Under the pieces are notes generated by a model. The model saw only the letters and a program-made list of their open reading frames with translations. It was not told the origin of the DNA and did no database searches. DNA of 64,000 bases from a virus. This document shows positions 7,329-16,427 of the stretch, piece after piece; positions within the stretch are counted from its first letter, which is position 1; each line of letters begins with the position of its first letter. The DNA is taken from positions 1 to 64,000 of the IMG/VR virus record IMGVR_UViG_3300020579_000009; one strand, written 5' to 3'. A program made the translations under genes and the position numbers.

Positions 7329-8047
7329 CCCAGGTACTCCAATCTTACCCGCAATGCGTACAGTCCAGTAGAGCCCGTATTCGTGGTGGCGTAAGTGATA
7401 TTCTGACTTGCTGCGCTGAAAAATAGAAAGGAATTTGTTATTGGCGAACAATCACTTCCCAAACTCGCCAGATTCGCACTTCCTGAATTTATAGTTACCG
7501 GGCCGGAAGGCCCGTTGTTATACCCAATGGCAGAAGAAACAGTGCCCGCGCTTCCCGCCGTGGTGGTAAAAAGATAGACCGTAGCACGGTAAATCCCCGC
7601 TCCGGTCGATGGGACGGCATATAGTGTCGTCGTTCCAATGCTGGCATTTTGCCCCAGCACAGTCGCACTTGCCACGATTGCCGGAAGTTGAGTGGCGATG
7701 ACTGGCGGAAGAACTGTGCCTGTCGCCGCTAGTGTATTGAGGTTCGCGCTTGTGCCAACGATGCTATATTGAACAGGCCCAATCTCGTTCCCCTGGAAGT
7801 CCCTGAACGTCACGGCGTAAAGCGTGTTTGATGGAGTGATGTTGTCGTTACCCCACAAAGGCAAAGTGAAGGTTCCATCTTGCGCGGTCATGGCTGTGTA
7901 GGTCAGTGCAGGAATGATGCTTGTGCCGGAGACACCTATCGGGTTGCCAGTTCCAATGTTTGTGAGCTGGAAGATGACCTTTCCCTGCGCGATTTTCCCG
8001 CTGGTGAGAGTCTGTAGGGTGCCTGTTACGGTGCAAGGTGTGGGCAT
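7325..8047 (-). CDS. Tail fibre/appendage protein with C-terminal jelly-roll-like domain
   Basis: N-terminal TVTGTL...DGTFTLPLWGNDNITP attachment-type domain; C-domain resembles 63223 and 51286 proteins. Confidence 0.65.
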   Translation of the reverse strand: MPTPCTVTGTLQTLTSGKIAQGKVIFQLTNIGTGNPIGVSGTSIIPALTYTAMTAQDGTFTLPLWGNDNITPSNTLYAVTFRDFQGNEIGPVQYSIVGTSANLNTLAATGTVLPPVIATQLPAIVASATVLGQNASIGTTTLYAVPSTGAGIYRATVYLFTTTAGSAGTVSSAIGYNNGPSGPVTINSGSANLASLGSDCSPITNSFLFFSAASQNITYATTNTGSTGLYALRVRLEYLG

Positions 8048-8577
8048 CAGCTTAGGCGGTTGACGTTCCCGCCCCTCCCAAAGATTCCACCACCGCCACC
8101 TACTCCACCGCCTACTCCGCCTTGATTCACTGGCGTCTGCGAAACAGGTATGACCGTGGCACCGCCGCCAAGCGCTGCACCCGGAGCCGGAGCCGATACC
8201 GCGCTTCGGTCGCCATTCTTATCAATCGCCTGTACCCAATAGAATCGCGTAACGGTGTCATTGAGACTCGCTCGCATGAAGGAATTGCTTGAACCTCCCA
8301 AGTTTGCCGGAACGGTTGTTAGCGGCACGCCAGCCGGAACTTGGTTGGTAGAGGTTTCAAAGACAGCATAACTCGCCGCATTGACAACTTCGTTCCATGC
8401 AACCTGAACTGCATTGGGATGTGAAATCGTCGTTACCATCGGCGCAGCGGGAGGAAAAAGACTGCCCTGCACCTGATTGGCAACGGTCATCAGCCAGGTC
8501 AGAAAGTCGTAGGTCGCTGGGCCAAGAGCGGAGTCCTGTGGCACACCGTTCCACACGCGACGTGGGCCGCTAGGCAT
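8047..8577 (-). CDS. Tail protein with Fn3-like domain
   Basis: VQVAWNEV..AASYAVF...RFYWVQAIDKNG..S..S; Gly-rich tail. Confidence 0.65.
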   Translation of the reverse strand: MPSGPRRVWNGVPQDSALGPATYDFLTWLMTVANQVQGSLFPPAAPMVTTISHPNAVQVAWNEVVNAASYAVFETSTNQVPAGVPLTTVPANLGGSSNSFMRASLNDTVTRFYWVQAIDKNGDRSAVSAPAPGAALGGGATVIPVSQTPVNQGGVGGGVGGGGGIFGRGGNVNRLS

Positions 8578-9103
8578 TCTTGGCCACCTTAAAAATCTTC
8601 TTGGTGTTCACGGGATTCCCATTAGGAATAAGCGAATGCACGTTGAATCCGTCACGGATTACGGCGATGCTTCTGACATCAGTAACAAACAGGCAATCGC
8701 TTTCCCTGTCCAGCAACTTCTCGAAGTTTGCTATGAATCGCTTCTTGTAGCTTGTGAGAGAGTCTCCTTCGCGCAGAGGGATGTCAGGGTTATCGCGCCA
8801 TTTTTCCTCGACAGCTCTAATAGCTCCATCAGCGATAGCAGAATCGCGGGCATGAAAACGTCCGAAATTGAATCTCCGGTATCCGTAATCAGTTCGAACC
8901 GGGACTCCAAGCTCATTCCCGGCCACATTCCCTGCCTCAGAGTCCAAGTCTGAGCTGACAACATGAGCCACCTTGCCTTTCAGTGGAGCGAGTAGCGCTC
9001 GCCATTCATTCTTGGCCTTACGCTCCAGCGGCACGAAACGCCAGCCAGAGACACGACCGCGCCTGTCTAGCTTGTTTTCTGGGGCAGCCACAACGTAAAT
9101 CAT
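8570..9103 (-). CDS. Histidine phosphatase (PGM)-fold protein lacking catalytic residues
   Basis: RVSGW..VPL, VVSSDL, RRFNFG, NPDIP..GDSL..R; RHG replaced by AAP. Confidence 0.7.
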   Translation of the reverse strand: MIYVVAAPENKLDRRGRVSGWRFVPLERKAKNEWRALLAPLKGKVAHVVSSDLDSEAGNVAGNELGVPVRTDYGYRRFNFGRFHARDSAIADGAIRAVEEKWRDNPDIPLREGDSLTSYKKRFIANFEKLLDRESDCLFVTDVRSIAVIRDGFNVHSLIPNGNPVNTKKIFKVAKNA

Positions 9104-10944
9104 TGCGTCTCTCCCAGCATGTCTTTGAAGTCGTCAATCTGACGCTGGATTATCCCGCGCTCCGCGCCCTTCGCGCCTTGTAGTTTTTTCTCCGCGGCAG
9201 CCAGCGATTCCCTTAGCACTTCCTGTCGCATCATGGCGTCCGAGGCTCCGCCAAATGGAGTAGGATTGCCTCTTGGCATGTCGCCCCCGCCTTTAAGCGC
9301 GGCAGCGGCGGCCGCCTTGTTGGGGTAAACCTTCTTCGGAGAGATGTTCTCAGGCTCAAAGCCTTTCCCGCCGAGAAAGTCAGCAGCAGCGGGATTCCTT
9401 AGCATTCGAGGGACACCAGCACGAAGTCCAGCGCTTGTAGGCGATAGCTTGGCGATGAGCAAATCCATCTTGGTAGGTCGCGACAAGCGTTGAACGGTAT
9501 CAATGGCCCCGGAGCGCCCTACTTCTTGGTTGATTTTGTCCATGTTGATGCCGAAAGGCTCGTACTTGCTAAGAATGTCGAGCGTCTGTACGCGGGACTT
9601 TCCGGTGAGCGGTTCCATGATGTCGCTGGCATTTTCGCCCGCGAGTGTTTTTGCAATAGGTGAGCGGTGGAAGTCATCGAGGTAGCCCTTCCACTTCGCA
9701 TTGGCGTCAATCCATTGCGGCTCTTGGCTCGCATCCCGTGCGCCTTCACGCAGGATTTTCGAGAGTTCTCCGTAAGCCGCTGAAGCAGCCGCTTGTGCCG
9801 GGCCTTGTAAGCGGCCCATCTGCCTGCCCAAGTCCGAGCGTGCCTGTTTCACTTCCTCGAAGGTCATTCTTCCCGCTTGTGTCGTTCCAATGTCTCCTAC
9901 AGCAGCTTTAATCTCATTTGGCTGGAAACCTTGCTCCTTGAGAGCCTGTGCGATTTCATCCGGGGCCATGCCGCCTTGCTTCAGGCGATTCACGAAGTCG
10001 GCGGTATTCTTATTGACGAAATTAGCCATCGAAGGCTTTTCCGGCGTGGTCAGTTTCTTAAGGCTGGTTGGCAACTGACTTTGATCTTCGAGCGTGTCAC
10101 CCATTGCCGCTGAAACCCTGCCACGCACTTCCGCCTTGTCAAAGGCCCCTTCTGGTTTTGCAGAGTCAACGGCCTGAGATACCTGAGCCATTGCCTGTTG
10201 AGCGTCCTGGTGGACGGCATCAGCTACGCCAGCGACATGTTTTTGTAGTTCGAGCGCGTGCGCGTGCTGGTCGGCAAGGACACGGACTTTTGATGGCCCT
10301 TCGTTGAGAATCTCTCTTGCCGTATTTTGGAAGGCGGATTTTCCTATGGGGTCAGCAATAGCTTCGGGAACTTTCTCTCCGCCTTTTAGCGTAGCGAGTT
10401 GTGTCCCAAAAGCCGCAATGTCGTGGGCCGACTTACCAACGTCGTACTGCCGCATCTCGCGCTGTGGGCCGCCTGTAACGTTGGTCAATTTACGAAAGAA
10501 ATTGTCGATTAAAGGATTGATTGCATCCATCGCATTGCCGAAGCCAGAAGTAACCGCGCCCGGAACGGCGACAACTGGATTCGTTGTCATGCTGGCTTTC
10601 ATATCTTCCGGCTTGAGCGTCCAGAACTTGCCGATAGTTTTTGCCTGTTCAGTAAGATTTGAACCCAAATCCGAAACAGGGTTCATCGTTTCAGGGATGC
10701 CAACGCCGCTAGCAGCGCCAAGTACGGATTCCCGCGCAATCGTCCCGGCAGTAGAACCATCATCGGGAGCAGTCAACTGCTTGACATTGAGAATTGGCCC
10801 ACCTTTGCGAGACTGCATTGCCCCCGGTTGCATGGCGGCAAGGTGCTGTTCGATAGCCTGATTCACAGATGCATCATCCATTGAGCCGGGAAAACGGACA
10901 GCTCCGACACCTGGAACGCGCACGATTTTGTCCCCATCAGGCAC
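9100..10944 (-). CDS. Large internal virion/DNA ejection protein
   Basis: 614 aa, helical and Ala/Gln-rich, at the ejection-protein position; shares KGGPILN with 55098..57077. Confidence 0.65.
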   Translation of the reverse strand: MPDGDKIVRVPGVGAVRFPGSMDDASVNQAIEQHLAAMQPGAMQSRKGGPILNVKQLTAPDDGSTAGTIARESVLGAASGVGIPETMNPVSDLGSNLTEQAKTIGKFWTLKPEDMKASMTTNPVVAVPGAVTSGFGNAMDAINPLIDNFFRKLTNVTGGPQREMRQYDVGKSAHDIAAFGTQLATLKGGEKVPEAIADPIGKSAFQNTAREILNEGPSKVRVLADQHAHALELQKHVAGVADAVHQDAQQAMAQVSQAVDSAKPEGAFDKAEVRGRVSAAMGDTLEDQSQLPTSLKKLTTPEKPSMANFVNKNTADFVNRLKQGGMAPDEIAQALKEQGFQPNEIKAAVGDIGTTQAGRMTFEEVKQARSDLGRQMGRLQGPAQAAASAAYGELSKILREGARDASQEPQWIDANAKWKGYLDDFHRSPIAKTLAGENASDIMEPLTGKSRVQTLDILSKYEPFGINMDKINQEVGRSGAIDTVQRLSRPTKMDLLIAKLSPTSAGLRAGVPRMLRNPAAADFLGGKGFEPENISPKKVYPNKAAAAAALKGGGDMPRGNPTPFGGASDAMMRQEVLRESLAAAEKKLQGAKGAERGIIQRQIDDFKDMLGETQ

Positions 10945-11912
10945 TAAGGGTTACTCCCCTGAACAGGCTGAATCCCTTGTCCGGGAACATAGACATGCGT
11001 TGCACCATCCCCAGATGGTTTTGGCTTCTTCTGGTTCTGCTTGGCTTGCACTTTGTTGGTCGCAGGCGGAGATGGCAACGCAGCGGTCGGGCCACCCGTT
11101 ACTGGAGCGCCTCCAGACGATACTCCCGGCATCCCCGCCCCGCGAGCTTCGCTTACCCGTTTCGTTACATCATCGAGCCCAAAGGCTTGTGAGAGAATCG
11201 GGTGTTCAAAGGCAAGATTCTGAATCGACTGAATAGCCTGCAATCCTTCGGCAGTTCCCTTCTGGTTTAGAGCGGAGTTGGCAAGGTCAAGAAAACCTTG
11301 CTTAATTCCCATGCCTGTTACGGCGAGTTCATACTTCGCTTGCTCAATCCCTACCTGTTGGACGCGTAGCTTGTAAGTTTTCTCAAATTGCGCGGCCTGA
11401 TTATCAAGACGCTGCTTTGCTACAGAAAGCCGTCCTGCCGCCATGTCTTTCTGCCAGTCGTTCTTTTCCGCCGCGAGGTCGGCCTGTTGCTGCTTGATTT
11501 GGTTGGCGGTATCGCCTTGCTCTTTCTTGCGTTGCACGTCCTCGGCGCGAGTGTCGGCATTCTGCTTCGCTACGTCGGCCAAGTCTCTGCGGTATCCAAG
11601 CTCGCCCTGCTGATAGGCTCCAGTCTGAGCAAGGCGAGCCATCGTCTCGGCCTTCTGTGCTTCAAGCTGCTGGGCCTGCAATCTCTGCTCTGGCGGCATG
11701 GAAGCCCAGCCATAGGACTGTGCTCCGCCAGCAAGCGCCTGAATAATCTTGGCGATAATCGGATGAACGCCAGGGTCAATCTGCCCTTGCATTTGTGGGA
11801 CAGACGAAGCCATCGGGTTAGAAAGGGATTGCTGCGCCTGCTGCATCATCCCCTGCGTTGGGTCAGGCGGCTGTTGGACTAGAGGATTCTGAGGAGTGCT
11901 CATAGCGTCCAA
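10944..11912 (-). CDS. Internal virion/ejection protein
   Basis: Gln-rich coiled coil with Pro-rich termini; synteny. Confidence 0.6.
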   Translation of the reverse strand: MDAMSTPQNPLVQQPPDPTQGMMQQAQQSLSNPMASSVPQMQGQIDPGVHPIIAKIIQALAGGAQSYGWASMPPEQRLQAQQLEAQKAETMARLAQTGAYQQGELGYRRDLADVAKQNADTRAEDVQRKKEQGDTANQIKQQQADLAAEKNDWQKDMAAGRLSVAKQRLDNQAAQFEKTYKLRVQQVGIEQAKYELAVTGMGIKQGFLDLANSALNQKGTAEGLQAIQSIQNLAFEHPILSQAFGLDDVTKRVSEARGAGMPGVSSGGAPVTGGPTAALPSPPATNKVQAKQNQKKPKPSGDGATHVYVPGQGIQPVQGSNP

Positions 11913-12592
11913 CCTCCTGTCGTCGGCGTGCCACCACCTTGTGTGGGCACCGTAGGCACACCTGGAACTGGCCCGAACACGCTAGGAGGCAAAGAGCCAG
12001 GTGTATCGCCAGGCGCTCTCCCCGGTACTTGATTACCCTGTCCTAGTAAGTTTGCAAGAACGCCGCCAAGCCCGCCAAGTCCACTGCCAAGACTTTGATA
12101 AGGGAGTTGCGCTGAGACGTTTGGCTGATTCTGTGACGCTCCCGCCATAGCTCCGGCAGAAGTAAGTCCCTGCTGCGCCTGAAACTTGATTTGCTCGTTA
12201 TTCAGTAGATTCGCTAGATAGTTTCCTGCTCCGCTTGCCGCCATGCCTGAGCCGATATTTGCAAGTCCCGCCGCAGTAGTTCCACTTGGCCCATAGCCCA
12301 ATCCTGTTTGACCTATCTGTTCGCGGAACTGTCCCGCTGCGTTGTTGCCTTGCTGGGCGTTCTGCGCTGCCGCCGCAGCTTGAATATTCTGAAGGAACGG
12401 GCTTCCAGATTTCGTATAGGGCGTATAGAATGCTTCCGCTTGGTCGAAGGCTTTCTGCTTATCGGCCATTTCCTGCTGGGCGATTTGTTCCTGCTGTGTC
12501 AGAGCCTTCTGTTGACGGCCTCCAGCCTTGGATGCCTCGACAGCTCCGGCGATGGCAGCCCCCGCAGCGATAAGCCCTGAAATCAGCGGCAT
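11900..12592 (-). CDS. Small ejection protein (P22 gp7 / T7 gp14-like position)
   Basis: MPLISGLIAAGAAIAGAV N-terminus, Gln-rich, YTPYTKSG motif, Gly-rich; follows the GNAT gene. Confidence 0.7.
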   Translation of the reverse strand: MPLISGLIAAGAAIAGAVEASKAGGRQQKALTQQEQIAQQEMADKQKAFDQAEAFYTPYTKSGSPFLQNIQAAAAAQNAQQGNNAAGQFREQIGQTGLGYGPSGTTAAGLANIGSGMAASGAGNYLANLLNNEQIKFQAQQGLTSAGAMAGASQNQPNVSAQLPYQSLGSGLGGLGGVLANLLGQGNQVPGRAPGDTPGSLPPSVFGPVPGVPTVPTQGGGTPTTGGWTL

Positions 12593-13032
12593 CGAAGTTC
12601 TTTCATGTACGTCACCTCTACCTGCTTATAGCCTAATCTCTCATACAGCTTTCCAACTTCCGCGTTCGGCGCGGTGAATCCCATGCGCGTTGCGCCCATC
12701 TCTCGTGCCTGTTTCTCTGCTTCCCACAAGAGTTTTATCGCTCCGCCTTCCTTGCGTTCTTGCGGCTCGACGTACCACATAATTTCCGTTGCCGTTGGCT
12801 CTCCAGTGAAGTAATGAGGGAAAATAATAAACCCTAAAAGCCCAGCCACTTTGCCACCATCGTTCTCATATAGCAGGACTTTCCCGTTTGCTCCGCCGAT
12901 GACATTGAGCGCCAATTTTGCGCTTTCCTCCGGCGTGTCTTTTAGCATCCCGGCGTATGGGCCATCCTTAAGAGACTGACTACCCAGCCTCACGATGTCG
13001 GATACATCCTCAACCGTCGCCGCTCGTATCAA
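12583..13032 (-). CDS. GNAT-family acyltransferase
   Basis: MIRAATVED, ATEIMWYVEPQERKEGGAIKLL, KLYERLGY motifs. Confidence 0.9.
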   Translation of the reverse strand: MIRAATVEDVSDIVRLGSQSLKDGPYAGMLKDTPEESAKLALNVIGGANGKVLLYENDGGKVAGLLGFIIFPHYFTGEPTATEIMWYVEPQERKEGGAIKLLWEAEKQAREMGATRMGFTAPNAEVGKLYERLGYKQVEVTYMKELRCR

Positions 13033-13253
13033 TGCGCCTCCGCGTAGTTCACAATGTCCTGCACCGATAAAAGATTCTGCGCCTCGCAGTCCGGTATCTC
13101 TTTCCCTAGCCCGTCCTCAAGAGCCTGAATCAAGCTGGCCATTTCGAGAGAGTCCGTAACCAGTGTGACGAGTCGGCAGTCAGGCGTCACCAGCTCCCCC
13201 GTTTCTTGCTGGATAACTCTAGTCACTTTCTCCAATGTCTCGCTTCTCATCAT
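13029..13253 (-). CDS. acpP: Acyl carrier protein
   Basis: 74 aa, acidic; LVTDSLEMASLIQALEDGLGKEIPDCEAQNLLSVQDIVNY matches the ACP DSL phosphopantetheine motif and the EIPD..A...V....Y C-terminus. Confidence 0.85.
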   Translation of the reverse strand: MMRSETLEKVTRVIQQETGELVTPDCRLVTLVTDSLEMASLIQALEDGLGKEIPDCEAQNLLSVQDIVNYAEAH

Positions 13254-13801
13254 TGCGCCATCCTTAGCCCTCTGCCGCCGCCACCGTTACCGCCTCCCAA
13301 ACTTCCAACCGTGGGTGCTGTTGGCACGGTGCTCGCTGCCTGTGGAGCGAAATTAAATCCTAGTCCGTTAAGCGCCTGCTGGAGCCAGGTCATCGGGAGT
13401 CCCGCTTGTGGCGCATTGCCTTCCTGTCCAGATGGGCCGCTGATTTCAGAAAGATTCCCAAGTGGGTTAACTTTCATCACGTTGCCGCCTTGCTTATTGT
13501 TGCTAAACAGTCCTCCGATAGCCGTGGCAAGATTTTGCAAGTAAGAAGAGTCAAAGCCCTGCGATGGGCCACTAGCGCGAATCGCTTGCGGCCCAAGAGT
13601 ATTACTAGTGCCGGGAGCCGGGGCGAGTGGAGGTGTGGGATTTGCAGGGCCTTGTGGGTTCCTGCCATTTTGCGCTGGGCCTGGCAATGCTCCATTTCCG
13701 GGGAACTGTGTCGCTGGATTAGGGCCTTGCTGTGCGGGGCCGGGCATCTTTCCGAACGCCCCGCCAAACGCCGAGCTTGGCCCCATGTAAAGTCCTGGCA
13801 T
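13250..13801 (-). CDS. Pro/Gly/Gln-rich virion-associated protein
   Basis: FDSSYLQNLATAIGGLF is conserved with FDSAYRQDLATYAGGLF of 58867..59454. Confidence 0.7.
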   Translation of the reverse strand: MPGLYMGPSSAFGGAFGKMPGPAQQGPNPATQFPGNGALPGPAQNGRNPQGPANPTPPLAPAPGTSNTLGPQAIRASGPSQGFDSSYLQNLATAIGGLFSNNKQGGNVMKVNPLGNLSEISGPSGQEGNAPQAGLPMTWLQQALNGLGFNFAPQAASTVPTAPTVGSLGGGNGGGGRGLRMAQ

Positions 13802-13802
13802 A

Positions 13803-16427
13803 CTATCTCCCTACGATACCTGTATACGCTACTTCGTACCCGCGCAGCTCATAAAATCCCGGCCCGGACGGGAAAGTACATCCAATCTGAAACCTTCTCC
13901 CCTTCACTGGCCTGAATCCGCCGAACTTGAATTTAGCAGGGGAGTATTCGAGAAACAATGGATTTGAGTTGCTATCCACGCCGGGAATGAGATTTGTGGT
14001 CAGTGGATTCACCCCAATGACGAACCTATCGTCATCAAAGGCATTCACCGCCCAAGCCCATCCCTGCGAAGCAAGGTTGTTCGGAATCTGATTAGTGAGT
14101 GCCCGCATCCATTCGAAGGTCTTAATCATGTGCGGATCTTCGTTGCCGAAGGCATGAAGCGTTACGCCGGGAGTAGGAACGCTGCGCTCCGCCGAAATCG
14201 TGAAATAGCTGGGCTGCCAATCCACGTCTGTAATCAAGTCCACGTCGCCAACAGACAGGTGATTCGTGGAGTTCCCATCGTAGGACGTGACGATGCTCTC
14301 GCAGTTGATGTCGTACTGATACCAAGTCGGCGCATTGGTCGCCATGTCGAAGGTGAAATAGCTGGGCTGACCATTGGAAGCAAGAAGGTCAAGGTCGAGC
14401 AGAAGCAGTTTGTTGTTGAAAGTTGAAGAATCAAGAGCAATGGCAAGGGCTAGCCAGGAACGGTCGCCTTTCTTATAGAAACTCATTCTGGCGAATTGCA
14501 ATCGTGCTCCGTTGATACGGTTGAGCACGTCCTGAACGGGCTTGCCTACGTTCTTTGGCGCGTAATGGTCGGTGAAAAGCCAGACTTCCCGGTCGGAGGA
14601 AAGCCACATCGCTCCAAGCGGAGTTACTGCTGTAGCATAAGGCGAAGCACAACCAATCTTATAAGGGAGCCTCTGAATCGTCGCCGCAAGCTGCGCTGGA
14701 TTTGCAATAGTGTTGTCACTGAGAAGCCCCGTCAATTTGTACATGTCCTGACGGTTTGACCAGATGATGAGCCCGGTTGGGAGATTCGCCATGCCGTTAA
14801 GTTGCCCGTCACCCAAAGGCATCGTCACTGTGTTCAGCGGAGAGAAGCATTCTGGCGGCTGGCCGATGACTGTAGCTTCGATGTTGCTATAGAAAAAGGT
14901 TTGGAGATTAGCCACGACTCCATAAACGAGCACTCGCCCTTGGTAGTCTTGACAGAATGCCCCAATGGGCGGAGGAACATTGTAAATTTGCGCAATCTCG
15001 CTGGTGAATGGAGGGTTGGGCGGTTCGGAGTTGGCGGTATCGTTGAATTCCAGTCCCGCAAGCAACGCTGTATTCCCTATCGGGTTGAAGGCATTCCTGC
15101 CAATTAGGAAATAAACTGGCTGGCCATCGCCAGTAGCATAGAGTTTTACGAATCCCTGTGCTGGAGAGGAATTTAGTAATTGCGGATCGTAAACCTGAAA
15201 ACGCGCTCCGCCAATTCCACCGCCGTTATAAGGGAGATGCAATGTCATGGAAGTGGCGCTAGCAACCGCCGATATGTAATTCCCTGTAAAGGCGGAACCT
15301 TCAACCCAAATAGCCCGTCCAATCCATGCCGATGTGAATGCGGTGCCGACTCCGGTAACGGTGGCGTTGCCGTTCACGACTGTAACCGTTCCGACTTCCA
15401 CAAGGTCTATGGTTCCGGTTTGGGACGCATACTTCACGAATTGCGAAGCGGGGGAAGGGGCGGAAGTCTCTCCATTTACATCTGCCTCCCAAGCCCATTG
15501 ATAGGAACGCCCGACTGTTTTGGTGATACCTAGCGTCACCGTTCCAGCTCCGCTCGTAGCTGCTGGCCCTACTTGCACGAAGGTAAAAGTCGAAGCTCCG
15601 GTCTTGGTAATTTGAACTGCTACACCTGCCGCTGTGTTGAAAGTGGTATCGGTCACGCCTGAGATGCCAACATAAACCCCCGTCACCATTCCGGCTGGTA
15701 GTGGCGCGGTCGTGGTAATGGTCACGATGTTATTTGCGCGTACTGCTCCTGTGGGAGCGGCCTGAATCGTTGCCGTAGAGCCAGCTACGAGCGTGATGCT
15801 TGGAGAAACGTCAGGCGCATCCAATCCCCAAAACATGAAGAGAGGAGAAGCCTCGGCAAGCGTGTTTGGCACAGTCTTAGAACGAAATTGCCCATTTGTC
15901 TCATAAATAGCATTTCCGATTCTGGTTCTCATCCACGGGCCGTTAAGAACGGAAAGCGCAAAAGGGAAGTCCGCACTAGGAGATTGACCATTAAACCTAT
16001 CCCATACTTCATCGAGTGGCTGTACTAGTGTTGCGGCAACCATTCCAGAAATAGAAAGCGGGTTATTACAAATCCAACGCGGCCAGAATGCGTCATCATT
16101 ATTGTCGAAGAGTACGCGGTTAACCAAAGTCGCCGGGGAACCAAATCCAGTCGGGTCCAGGAAGGAATACATGGAAATAATACGATTGCCATTGGCCGTG
16201 AATCCACTAGCGGTGGAGTTGAAAAATGGTGCCCAGCGAGCCCTGCGAATCGTGCCGAACTGCCCGGCGTAGACCTGCGAGGAAGCCGCCCAGAATTGCG
16301 GCGTAAGCAAGTCGGGACTGGTGTAGCCGTTATATCCTCCTACAAGGGAATCCAGCGTAAGGACTCGCGGCCCTGTCTCGTTCTGTGTCTGCTCGAACTC
16401 CGCTGGTGCTCTGCGTCTCTCGGCCAT
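13803..16427 (-). CDS. Tail tubular/DNA stabilisation protein (P22 gp10 / T7 gp12-like)
   Basis: 874 aa, beta-propeller-like (IGCASPYATAVTPLGAMWLS, KNVGKPVQD); follows the adaptor. Confidence 0.75.
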   Translation of the reverse strand: MAERRRAPAEFEQTQNETGPRVLTLDSLVGGYNGYTSPDLLTPQFWAASSQVYAGQFGTIRRARWAPFFNSTASGFTANGNRIISMYSFLDPTGFGSPATLVNRVLFDNNDDAFWPRWICNNPLSISGMVAATLVQPLDEVWDRFNGQSPSADFPFALSVLNGPWMRTRIGNAIYETNGQFRSKTVPNTLAEASPLFMFWGLDAPDVSPSITLVAGSTATIQAAPTGAVRANNIVTITTTAPLPAGMVTGVYVGISGVTDTTFNTAAGVAVQITKTGASTFTFVQVGPAATSGAGTVTLGITKTVGRSYQWAWEADVNGETSAPSPASQFVKYASQTGTIDLVEVGTVTVVNGNATVTGVGTAFTSAWIGRAIWVEGSAFTGNYISAVASATSMTLHLPYNGGGIGGARFQVYDPQLLNSSPAQGFVKLYATGDGQPVYFLIGRNAFNPIGNTALLAGLEFNDTANSEPPNPPFTSEIAQIYNVPPPIGAFCQDYQGRVLVYGVVANLQTFFYSNIEATVIGQPPECFSPLNTVTMPLGDGQLNGMANLPTGLIIWSNRQDMYKLTGLLSDNTIANPAQLAATIQRLPYKIGCASPYATAVTPLGAMWLSSDREVWLFTDHYAPKNVGKPVQDVLNRINGARLQFARMSFYKKGDRSWLALAIALDSSTFNNKLLLLDLDLLASNGQPSYFTFDMATNAPTWYQYDINCESIVTSYDGNSTNHLSVGDVDLITDVDWQPSYFTISAERSVPTPGVTLHAFGNEDPHMIKTFEWMRALTNQIPNNLASQGWAWAVNAFDDDRFVIGVNPLTTNLIPGVDSNSNPLFLEYSPAKFKFGGFRPVKGRRFQIGCTFPSGPGFYELRGYEVAYTGIVGR

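Noticed and set aside
7329-7451. 41-aa N-terminal extension of the tailspike in the ORF track
   Set aside because: It overlaps the upstream gene. ATG 7328 gives an ATGA junction and matches the start of the B ortholog.
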